Part shown: positions 1 to 11,200 of the stretch, in pieces
Numbering within the stretch: position 1 is the stretch's first letter
How the letters are laid out: every line of letters begins with the position of its first letter
Origin: Podarcis liolepis
Taxonomy: Eukaryota
Length of the DNA: 64,000 nucleotides
Direction: 5' to 3' (one strand)
Assembly (NCBI GenBank): GCA_965112155.1
Contig: OZ218114.1
Position numbers and translations under genes: made by a program
Notes under the pieces: generated by a model
The model's database searches: none
The model's input: only the letters and a program-made list of their open reading frames with translations
What the model was told of the DNA's origin: nothing

Positions 1-180
1 CATGACTATTTTTTTTTTAATCATCTTGTTGTGTGATCTTCACGGTCATCTTTGCCATTTCGGCATAATCCATCATCTTGGTTATCCATTCTTCTTTGGT
101 TAGGACTTTCTCTTCCTTCCACTTCTGGACGAGCAGCATATAGTCTTTTTAAGTCTTTTTGCATTTTGTCTCCTGTTGAA
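1..180 (-). mobile_element. Degenerate L1-type LINE ORF2 3' fragment
   Basis: The minus strand gives QKWKEEKVLTKEEWITKMMDYAE-like text typical of the squamate L1 ORF2 C-terminus, with frameshifts. Confidence 0.6.
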
Positions 181-205
181 TTCCTTTCCCCCATCAGCTC
201 ACAAG

Positions 206-481
206 CAGTGGTGTAGCTAGCTGCTCAGGCACCCGGGGCGGCGCAAATGCCCTAAACCCGGGGCAGGCCAAGCCAGGACAGAGCATGCTGTGCAGAACTT
301 CCACAGAGTCCACAAGCCCCACGTTGCCATTTTGGGCAACGTGGAGCCTGCAGGGGCCAGTGCCACCATGTCACTCCCCAGGAGAGAGGTGTGGCTCAGG
401 CGTGCTGCAGGCCAGGCCCCACGGTCACCCTCCTCAGTGATGACACCCACAGTAACCCACACCCCCCTTCCTATGCCACCT
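206..481. mobile_element. hAT-type MITE A (TIR CAGTGGYGTAGC, decayed right end)
   Basis: 8-bp TSD ctcacaag at 198-205 and 482-489; ends cagtggtgtagc...ctatgccacct. Confidence 0.8.
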
Positions 482-491
482 CTCACAAGTA

Positions 492-912
492 CAATGGTAC
501 CTCGGGTCAGTGGCGTAGCGTGGGTTGTCAGCACCCGGGGCAAGGCAAGTAATTTGCGCCCCCTAACCCATGGATTTGCGCCCCCTAACCCGTGGATTTG
601 CGCCCCCTAACCCTAACCCCCAGATGTTGCGCCCGGTGCGGCCGGCCCCCCCCTGCACCCCCCATGCTACGCCACTGCCTCGGGTTAAGATCTTAATTTG
701 TTCTGGAGGTCCGTTCTTAACCTGAAACTGTTCGTAACCTGAGGTACCACTTTAGCTAATGGCGCCTCCTGCTGCCGCGGCCACCACCGCCACACAATTT
801 CTGCTCTCATCCTGAAGCAAAGTTCTTAACCCGAGGTACTATTTCTGGGTTACCAGAGTCTTTAACCTGAAGTGTATGTAACCTGAAGCGTCTGTAACCC
901 AAGGTACCACTG
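492..912. mobile_element. Tc1/mariner-type MITE (CAGTGGTACCTCGGGTT family), interrupted by a nested hAT MITE
   Basis: Same family as the copies at 39366 and 42266; TA at 490-491; right TIR ...ggtaccactg ends at 912. Confidence 0.85.
508..677. mobile_element. hAT-type MITE B nested in the mariner TIR
   Basis: Perfect TIRs CAGTGGCGTAGC/GCTACGCCACTG; exact 8-bp TSD cctcgggt at 500-507 and 678-685. Confidence 0.9.
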
Positions 913-952
913 TTCCTTATATACTTTGTGCATGTGTTTCTTCCTTTTACAG

Positions 953-1095
953 AGGTTAGCCCCGGGGAGGGTACAGAAGCCCCAGAGGATTCGGCAGTGG
1001 CCCAGGAAGAAGCCCCAGCTCCAGCGCCTGTCCCAGATCCCACCGCTGATGACCCTCCAGTTAATGTGACAATCACAGTGACCGCCACCCCGTGA
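953..1095 (+). CDS. VSIG10L2: Terminal coding exon of a convergent gene, probably VSIG10L2 (xVSPGEGTEAPEDSAVAQEEAPAPAPVPDPTADDPPVNVTITVTATP*)
   Basis: Strong acceptor tttcttccttttacag| at 952 and a GC-rich acidic, Pro-rich frame ending in TGA at 1093-1095. The gene name comes from recalled synteny (VSIG10L2 is tail-to-tail with CDON in human), not from recognising the peptide. Confidence 0.55.
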
Positions 1096-1993
1096 CCACC
1101 AGGAAATCTGACTCCCCGGTAGTCAAAATAGCTTGGGGAGAGCTATTCAGGTCAACAAGGGGAAGACACTGATATGGGGAAGGATTGCAATGCTTGGGGG
1201 AAAGTGGAGTTAGATATCAGACCCCTCCTTGAATCAGGCAAGATTTTTCTCGTCGCAGACCCTGAAGCTTCTTCCTCTTTGAAGGCAGAAGGCCACATCT
1301 AAGCGCTAGCCACAGAATCAAAAGGGTCCTTGCAGCAAATAAGGGGTAGCCTGTGAAAAATCTGGAGGATGCCTTCCTTAGAGAAAGAGATGTGCTTCTT
1401 TCCTTCCTCTTTGTAGAAGCTGGCTGGGCAGTTCCTGGTCTAGGAATGACGACGGAGAAGCCTCAGAGGTGCCACTTTAGTTTGCATGTGGTTACTGAAG
1501 ATTCAGAGACCTCATCTGGGAGACCTGGGACAAAATCCTGTTATCCAACAGATGCTGGTTTCTTTGTACATTAGTGGGCGTGCAGAAAACCACTGCTAAT
1601 GATTGGTTGCCGCTGTTAAACAGTCTGATGCACTGACAGTGTGGAATCTTTTTTTTTTCCTTAGTGGGAGAAGGAGGAATCTGAAAGTGCCTGGGATATT
1701 AAGTAGGTGTGTTGTCCCTGGGCTCCTTTAGAAAACAATAGAGTCCTAACCTCCTCTCTTCCTCCAGCATCTCAGAGGTTACCCATTTAGATGAGAGTCT
1801 AGTTACTCCAGCTTCACTGTTAAGGCTAAATCCACCCTTAAGATGTACTAGGGAAAGAGCTGCCACCATCTGCTGAGAAGCAGAAGCTCTTGCTATCAGG
1901 ATCAGTTGCTTTGGATTAATAGAAAGTTGCATTGTATCACGTCAGACAGCTGGTTCATCTAGCTCAATATATTTTCACCAAGGGGCAGGGGGG

Positions 1994-2468
1994 AGGAGGA
2001 GGAGTTTGGATTTGATATCCCGCTTTATCACTACCCTAAGGAGTCTCAAAGTCACAATCTCATTTCCCTTCCTCCCCTACAACAAGCACTCTGTGAGGTG
2101 AGTGGGGTTGAGAGACTTCAAAGAAGTGTGAATAGCCCAAGGTCAGCTAGCAGCTGCAGGTGGAGGAGCGGAGATGCGAACCCGGTTCCCCAGATTACGA
2201 GACTACTGCTCTTAACCACTACACCACACTGGCTCTCAGTGGCTCACTGGCTCTCACTGGGTAGTGATAAAGCGGAATATCAAATCCAAACTCCTCCTCT
2301 TCTTATCACTACCCTAAGGAGTCTCAAAGCAGCTAACAATCTCATTTCCCTTCCTCCCCCACAACAAACACTCTGTGAGGTGAGTGGGGCTGCATGTGGA
2401 GGAGAGGAGACGCGAACCCGGTTCACCAGATTACGAGACTGCCACTCTTAACCACTACACTATGCTGG
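1994..2468 (-). mobile_element. Rearranged pair of Squam3-like tRNA-derived SINEs
   Basis: Full copy at about 1994-2236, inverted tail fragment at 2259-2302, internally deleted copy at 2303-2468. Same family as the copy at 33667-33943. Confidence 0.8.
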
Positions 2469-5313
2469 AACCTATGCAGTGTTCCCTCGATAACAACATT
2501 CATCACTCCTGGCTTTTGGCTATGCTGCCTGAGGCTGATGGGAGCATGCAGTACATAGCATTTGGAAAGCACCACATTTGCTACCCCTCGGTCCGCACTG
2601 ACTGGCAGCACCACCTCAGAGTTTCAGGACTGTCCCAATCCCATTTGGCAATGCTGGGGACAGAACCTGGGACCTTCTGCATGTGGCCCATATGCTCTGC
2701 CACTAAAAACCGGTTTCTCTGACAGTTAGGTTCAAACCAAAATGTGCAGGTGGCTATTTAACATTACACAAATTACGACCGCAGAAATGGAAAGCAAGAC
2801 CTTGCTTCTAACTCAATATTTGTCTTAGGTGGGTTTTTTTTTTAGTTTACTTGGCTGCCAGCCTGCTTTAAACCTCAGACCTATTTCTCTAATTGCTGGC
2901 TAGATCGAAACCACCAAGCTGTTTTCTACAACTCCCATCCAAGTGGAACTTGTTTAAGTCCTCAGCTGACATTAAGCAAACACATTCAGTTTGCAAGATA
3001 TATAGTAGGCTGAAGAAAAGGTCATTTTTGCCTATCTCAAGAAGATGCTTGCCTCTTGGAGACAATGCCAATTGTGATGGGATCTGTGAGCCACTGACTG
3101 AAAATTTTGGTTGTTCTGATGAATGGATATCTCCATGAGTGCAAGGGCTCATCCACATTTCTGTTTGCCCCCCCACTCCCCCCCAACCCCCCCCCATGGT
3201 TTAGCACTGAATGGGAACGAAGGGCAATTGGGTTTCCCCACAGATTGTCCTTGGTTCCCAATCACCGCTAAAGTGCTGGTTTTCCAGGGGACGGTTGCTG
3301 GGCAAAGGCAAAACTGCTCAAAGCCATACTTCCTAGGCACGGGACAAGGGGAAGTGTGAAGGAGCCCAAAGAAAGGGTCCAAACTAACCTATCATCCAGA
3401 TCCTAAACACATTTACTTGGTCAAAACCACACCCACCTGCCTGATGCCAGACACCACAAGATGTGGGGCAAGTAGAAATGTGGTTGCAAATGTACCATCA
3501 GAAGCCCTAAAGTGTACTCAGGATTTTGTATTGGCAAAGAAGAGCAGTTGAGGGGCAGTAGAGCCAAGGCTTCTGGATTAGCCTGCACAAGGGACCTGCC
3601 CAAAGGGAACTCCCTTGCACACCCTATGCCTGCAGAAAGCAGGCATCAAGTCAAGTGCTACATTTAAAAGATATAGAAGCACAGTCCCAGGTCGGATCTT
3701 GCCATTTTGGTAGAGATAGATGCTATCCTTTCTCCCCAATGGTCATCCTACAGGTTAAATTCACTCTTATGGGTGCCCTTTGGAGATAGAGGAGCAATAA
3801 AAGTCTCGTGGCGATTCCTGTTTCGGTAGAAGCTGCCCTCACAGCTCTACCCATGTCTGCCCCTTACGACTAGCTGACAGTCACCTTTGTGTTTGATCCA
3901 CAACAACTCAGGAAATATTTCTTTGCCATAGCTATACCCTCCCTGCCGCCCCTCCTGTTAAGTCTTGCTTGATGGAAATGGTTGGACGAATCTATTGAAA
4001 TGGGTCTGACGTCTCTGCTCAGCTAGGCTCTCGGACCACCTCTTCCTTACTGTCTTTTGAAGGAGGCTGGGTAGTCTATCTGGAGCCCCAGGTCCAAGAA
4101 GAAGTGTGGTAACCAATGGACTAATTTCCCAGTTTGGAAACCCCAGTGCGACTGTATCATGCACCCATTTCAGGGCTTTGCAAAATTATTTTGCTCCTTG
4201 GGAATGGCTGCGTCCATCTCTTGTGCAAATACAAGACAACTTCTAAGTCAATGGCTATAGGTTAGCTGTTGGAGGTGAAGAAGATTCTTTTTTTTTTATC
4301 TAATGGGGAACCTGTGATTCTCCGGATGTTTTGGATTCCAACTCTCATCATCATTGACCATTTGGGCTGGGGCTGATGGGAGCTGGAGTCCAACCACACC
4401 TGAGGGCCACTAATAGTCAATCTCTGGTCTAATGTGCTGATAAAGGGTCTGAACACCAAGGAACAAAAATGGATGGGCCACTGGAAGAACACTGAACTTT
4501 AGAGCTTATTCTGTATAATTGGACTGGAGGTGGAGCAGTTGCATGTTAGAATGCTCCTGCACATCAACAGCACCTTGAATGCTGAAAGTGAGAGAATCTC
4601 CTTCCAAGGTAAGAATTCTTGTCTTTTGCTAGGCTGCATTAGTTCTTCTCTACCCAGAAATTTGTGGGTGGGAGAGAGTATTCCCCCAGGCAGTTCAACC
4701 CCCACATCTCACTGCCTGACATGGTATGGTCCAGGGAGAAGGATAATTTTAAGAAGTCTCTTGAGCATGTGATGTAAATCACCCCAAAATTCATATACCC
4801 AAGAACCATGTGCAGAAATCTTCACCCAGTCGGAGCACCACAACTCTTGCCAGTGGCATCATCAAGACTTTGGAACAGGCACCCAGGGTCCCACTCAGCA
4901 ACATGAGCAGGCAAGTTGGCATAAACAGAGGACTGGTTTCCCATAGCTTGAAGTGAAGTGTATTATACACATTGGAGTCTAAAAAGTGTTGTCACTGTAA
5001 GGCAATAGTCCAAAATTACTTTACTGCACCACAAGCTATTACTAATGATACCCCTCACCCCTTTTGTCACCCTTGGGCTTTTTCCTTGGGGGATAGAGTT
5101 TGCCTGAAAAGACTGGAAAATTGTCTAATCCGGTCTGGAAAAGTGGAGCTAATAATTGCTCTACAGACAAAGGCTGTAGCCATGGCTCTAGGTTGCTTTC
5201 AAGTCCTTCTTGCAGTGCCCTTAAATGCTGCCTAGGTAAGTTCTGTGAATGCTGTGATTCCTGCTTTAAATGGAGATGCCAGGGGCTATGTCCATGTCTC
5301 ATGGCTGCATATG

Positions 5314-5342
<29 letters not shown>
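5314..5342. repeat. (CA)n microsatellite
   Basis: Seen directly. Confidence 0.95.
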
Positions 5343-5345
<3 letters not shown>

Positions 5346-7849
5346 CACCAAGCTGTGGCTCAACACACTGGCTATTTGTTGTGATGAGTTTCATCAGTCA
5401 AACAGCATCACTTCCTTGGCTGATTTCAGCTCACGAACTGGCCACTTTTGCTCTTTCTCTGTTTCTGTTTCCAACATGTTGTGACCTTTGAATCTTCTGT
5501 TCAAGATGGAAAGGCAGCTTATACATTCATTTACTGACATGTGCCTGCCCTCCCATTTATTTATTTTTGCTGAAATCAACACAGCCATTCCTAGGTGATT
5601 TATGGTGGTCCAAATCTTAGCAGGTGGAGGAGAGGTTGAGCTGATGATCAGGGACAGAGGAATGGATTGAAGAGCCAGTTGTTTGCTCAGCTCATTGTTC
5701 AAATGAATGAGAAAGGGGGTGGTTAGGGGCACACATGCTAACAGAAGTTCTGGCTGCATCAGATTAATCCCTCCTAGTTTTAAATCCAGTGCCTCAAAGA
5801 ACATAGGATGTCAACAGCTACTTTAACCATAGGAGACATTCCTTTCATTGTCTCCCAAGAGGACAGTCAGAAAAACTGTGGGAACTGCCAGCCCCACAAG
5901 CACCCACCCGGTCTCATCTGCCATGGAATCCCTGCATCCTCTCATCTCTCATTAGCGACTTGCCTGGGCCAATAAAACAGCAGCCCTAAGCAACTGGAAC
6001 AATGAGACTCTTCAGCAAACAAGGCCCAGGCAAAGACCCAGACACATCGCCCCCCCCCCCCAGCTTGTCTATGGGATCGGTGGGAGACGGCATTCACTAC
6101 CCAAGCAATCTGCCTGCTTGCTATCACATTTCTGTACACAGTGCATTTTGTTGTAGCAACCTCACCACCACACAGACATTCTCTTCTAATATCTACACCA
6201 AAGAAAAGTTTGTGCCTCGGTCACTGGAAGCCCAACTCCGGTCTCTCTGCAATTAAAAAGGCATACCACCACATTCTGCCTTTCTGTAAGGTTCCCTAGC
6301 CCAGAAATTGGGAACAAGTGGCCATTCAGGTCTTGTCGGACTCTCTGTTCCCATCAACCACAGCTAACATGGCCAATGGTCAAGGATGTTGGTGGTGGGT
6401 CACAAGTTCCTAACCTCTGCCTGAGTCCAATAGCTCCATGTGGCTTCAGCCATTGTCGCTGGGCTCCAGACTTGGTGAAGATTCCTCTCCTTTTAAGGGT
6501 TGCATTAACACCAAGTACTGCTTTTGCTCATCATTGGCACGCAGCTAGGAAATAATTCACAACTATGTAATTCAAATCACAGGAACCCACTCTTAGGATC
6601 TGGATCAGGGAACACTTTAAAAGCAGGTTGCTTCAAGGAATCTTGTTTTGGGGTATATGTTGAGGCTGCAACATCCACGGTCTCCGTAGGCCATGACAAG
6701 AAAGTAGGATTCCATTTCCTACCTTCTTAAGAGTGATCATAGGATTTGTGGAACATATTTAGACAGGCAGAACAGCAGCTCAATAAGTTGAAACAAGGAG
6801 ATAGGGGTGTGGCAAAAATCATTGACCAATTATATGAGGATGGGTGGGCAAAGGAGTGATATAGAAGCTGTGGAGGCGTCGCTGCAGGTCCAGTTTTAAG
6901 GCAGTGGCTACTCAAGAGATAGCTGGAGAGGGGTCTCGTAGGGAATTGTGAGGATTTCTAGTGTAAGATTTTATAGACAAGGCAGTCTGACCAACTGCAG
7001 GAAGCAGTCTTGGTGCAGAGCAGTTTCACAGGCTGGTTTGACTACACTACACTTTCCCTTAGAGCAATCTAGGAGCTTCTCAACTTATGTCCTTCTCTTG
7101 AGGTGGCGAGGAGGGAAGAATGCTGTAGCATTCAGGTCCTGCTTCCACGCTTCCCCCAGGCATCTGGGTGGTCGCTACAAGAACAGGATGATGAGCAAGA
7201 TGGGCCCCTGGCCTGATTCAGCAGCTGGCTTCTTATGTATTCATCTTTATAAAAACACTTCTAAACTTCATTGGGGGCCCTTTTCAGAGTTGACAGTTGT
7301 GGAAGATAACTGAAATGCCGCAAACATTAAAGGCCATTTAGACAGGTGACACAGATCCACAACAGGCAATATTAAAAATACACAAGGCTTGGCAGTACAC
7401 ACGTTATGTGAAAAAGGTGCAGTTTGCTTTTTGTCCCTGAAATGGCATCCAATTCCACAATTATTACAAGCCTGTTCTAATTGTCTGCTGGAAAAACTGG
7501 TCCCCAGAGGAAGGCAACCATAGTAAGTGCTTGGGTTGATATTTTATATGAAACCTCCACAGCAGTTTTAAGCACCAATGCAGTATAGCAACAGCTGGTT
7601 ATGGGATGGCAGTGGCAAACACATGAAAGCACTGTAATCCTCAAGCGCAGCCTTCCCTCACCTGCTCTCCAGGTGTCAGGACTATAGCTCCCATCAGCTC
7701 TAGGCAGCAAAGCCATGGTTAGGGAATATTGGGAGTTATAGTTCAATACTTTGGAACAGCACCAGGTGAGAGAAGGCTGATCTAATGTCACCATTTAAAT
7801 AAGGTGTGTGCCAAATAGTGGATTTGAAATTAGTTATTATTTGTTATTA

Positions 7850-8125
7850 TTACTATTCCAAATGTATTATCAAACACCAATTTAAACACCATAAAATAAT
7901 GTATGTATAAACTTATGTATAAACTAAAAAACATCAAACCTATAGAGGGCAGCAAAAAAAAACACAACCCAATTGATCTATTGGGTTCAGTAAAAAAAAA
8001 AAAGCTTGGGAAAATAAAAAAGGACTTCACCTGTTGTAGGAAAACTATCAGAGTGGGTGCCAGAGGAACTTTTCTGGGGAGAGCATTCCAAAACCAGGGC
8101 ACAATTATTGAAAAGGTCCTGAAAA
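7850..8125 (-). mobile_element. L2 LINE 3' end fragment
   Basis: FSIIVPWFWNALP...VKSF resembles the L2 ORF2 end (AFSxxAPxLWNxLP), followed by an AT-rich tail. Confidence 0.65.
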
Positions 8126-8149
8126 TATCCCCATATGTCCGGGGTAAAC

Positions 8150-8192
8150 ACATAGTATACTAACCAATCATTTAATTTTATGATGCGCAGGT

Positions 8193-8266
<74 letters not shown>

Positions 8267-11200
8267 AAGAAAGAAATGTTGTGTGTACTACTACTAATAC
8301 CAAAATAACAATAACAAAGCACTGTTAAGCAGTTAACTTACTTCGTATAGCACTTGGAAACCATAATTCTGGAGAATTCAGATTTAAACATTGGAGACTG
8401 AAACACCAGACAGCAATTGTAACTATTACACCAAAGCAGCAGCATTCTCTTTAATATTAAAAACAAGGAAAATCCTGCCCAAACCTACATCATTTAAACA
8501 TATGTACAATTTTCTTTTTTAAAAAAGAATATTACAACTTTTAAAGGAAAATATAGTGTATTTTTTTCTATATGATACAAAAGACATGCATCTTTAAAAC
8601 CATTTATTTGCAAAAGAACAAGAATTACAAATATTAGAATGCTTGCTGGTTAGACAGCAATACTTTATTTAACCAAGTTGCTTTAAGAGATTGGAGGGGG
8701 ATAAGACCTTTTTATAATGAAGACCAGTATCCCTTAACCTGGTACCCTTCAGAAGTTGACTCCATCAGCTTTAGCCAGTATGACCAATGTTTTGGGATTA
8801 TGGAAATTGTAATCCAGCAACATACAGAGGGCACCAGGTTGAGAAATGCTTCAGTTCCATAGGCAGGACATATGCCATCAAGAAAGTTGTTTAAAAAAAA
8901 CTTGTCAAAGCTGAAGTTGTTTCCCAGCACTGGCTCCTTATGTTGAAGTAAGGAAGACAGATATCAGTGGGACATACTTCCAATTTTGTGCTTGGACTTA
9001 CATACCTGCTAGTGCCATGCATAACATGGATAGCTGTGGTATAATAATATATCGCTGCATCAGTTCTTGCCATTTTAAAATAGTCAGAAGCCCTTCTAAT
9101 AAGTCAGAGACTTTGAGGATGAACAAAAGGAGAACATCTAACCTATCACAAGCCAAAATTGTGCATTTTCTTTCTGCTTTAACATAATCTGCATCTTACC
9201 ACGAGGACACATGTCAGATGCCAAACTACTGATGACAGACATGAAGAATTTGTCTGTGGCAGTAATATATTCTGATCATGAATTTTGTATATGAGAAATA
9301 TTCAGGGAAAATATGCTAAACACTAAAAGCATGAGATTGAATGTGGAGTTTAGACTTCTACTTGCTTATTTGGTTCCAAAGCTCTGTGAAGACATGAGGA
9401 GTAGAAACATTGAGAAGCTAGCATTCTAAAGTTTTTAAACAAGATGCTGTAAGTCTCATGAAAGTGCTTTGTGAGCCATTAAAAAGTCCCACAAATTTAT
9501 TGTGCTTAATGAATTTGAAATGGCAGTGACAGCTTAAGTGGATACCAAGTAGGAAGGCACATTATTATCCATCAGTACATGCAAAAACAAGATTTTCTTA
9601 GGTTTCCTGGCCAGAAGTCACTAGTCAGAATCTAATATGATAGTGGGCACTGAATGAGCACGTGGCTCAGAGAAACTTGGCCACTTTTCTATGCTTTGCA
9701 AGGTTCATAATTACACACCTATGATTGAGGGAAAACTCACAATCCCCCTAAAATATAAAGGCAATATATAACTTTTATAAATAAAATACAATAAAAAGGA
9801 AAAACACTTAAAACAGTGTCACACAATATAAATAAAGCAGTCCTTGATGAGATCCTACTACAACAGATTACAAACTCTTTCCCAGCCTCCGAGTATGACT
9901 TTCTCAGTTCCACATCGAAAGGCTCATGTTACCTGCCTGGACTCTTTTGAATTGAAGTGGCCTCGTATGACAGAGAAGGTGCCAGAATCCCTTAAATTCC
10001 CACATCAAAGGTACTCTGACATTCTTGCTTTTTGAAAAGGCATATATAATAATTGTCTCCAAACCAGCTGGGACTTTGCTTCCACCAGGTCACATTCGTT
10101 TACTAGTTGTCACTCCCCCTCTAAGGCTTTGAAAAGTAATTTCTCGGAAGTCTCCAGCCGTTAGTTTAGTTTGGAGATGAGCAGCAGAGATGTTCTGTGG
10201 GCCTAATTATAAGTTGAATCTTGTTCTAATTTCCTACAAAGAAAGGGGTCCTTGCACAGTAACCCAAATAAGCACTGCAAATTCTCATTAGGGAGCCTTA
10301 TTTATAAAATTATATAATATACATAATATATTATATAAAATAATCGCACACTATATACACACACAGCATTTGACAATTGCTGCAACAGATATAAAAATAC
10401 AAAGCTTGTCTTTATCGCGCGCGCGCACACACACACTCACAAAACACACAAATGTTACTCAGTATGGTACATTGCACCTATGAGCATCTCTGCTCTTCTG
10501 TAAGGGGCTTGCAATTACTATTCAGTATATTTGGCCTTTCCTCTATTCCCCCCCCCTCACCCTTTCTTCAAACGGGGCGTTTCTAGTTCCTGGATCTAGC
10601 TAGGAAAATGAATTCATATTGCCGCGGGGCAACTGCAACTATAGTGTTACGTGCCTCCAATTCGTGGAGCTGTTTTACAAGTGTAAGTTTGTTTTATTTG
10701 TGCTGGTTAAAACTGGGAGAAGGTGGAAATATGCAGCTAGCCTTGTGACGTCCACACTGTGCCCTCAGCTATTTCTGAAGCACAGGCACCTTTCTTAAAG
10801 ATACATATACAGGTGTTGTACAACTTGGCTGCAAGTCTGACACAACCATTGAATAGTGTTGGGCGCTGTGGGGTGAAGCAGCTATTTTGTACTCCAAAAG
10901 AAGTGAAACAAGGGTGTTAAACATTCTGCATCACCCCCAACCCTGACTGCCCTGCTTTTACACCTATTATCCAAGTTCCATGAAGATACACAGAATCATC
11001 ATGATAATCTTTGGGAAGCTTCCCCCCCCCCCCAATATTTTATTCAAGTTGGCAACCCTGGGAAGGTGTAAGGCAAAGGACTTGAGTCTGAAGCTGGTGC
11101 CTAAACCAAACGAACAAAATGTTCTAGAGGCCTTACATTCTAAGCTTGATTGTGTAATGCTCCAGTGTATTTATAAAGCAGCCAAAGCAGAACCCTTTTC

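Noticed and set aside
217-1088. GC-rich ORFs 217-543, 290-610 and 807-1088
   Set aside because: They lie within MITEs or are antisense to the plus-strand exon, and resemble no protein family.
2098-2722. Similar ORFs at about 2.1-2.7 kb and 33.6-34.2 kb that look like a duplicated gene
   Set aside because: They are translations of copies of the same SINE family.
5394-5804. 136-aa intergenic ORF and nearby isolated consensus donors (about 4609 and 5236)
   Set aside because: I could not build a coherent exon chain or a recognisable peptide.
7165-7173. Perfect GLI consensus TGGGTGGTC downstream of CDON
   Set aside because: A single 9-mer inside a decayed CR1-type fragment. One hit in 64 kb is compatible with chance and there is no cluster.
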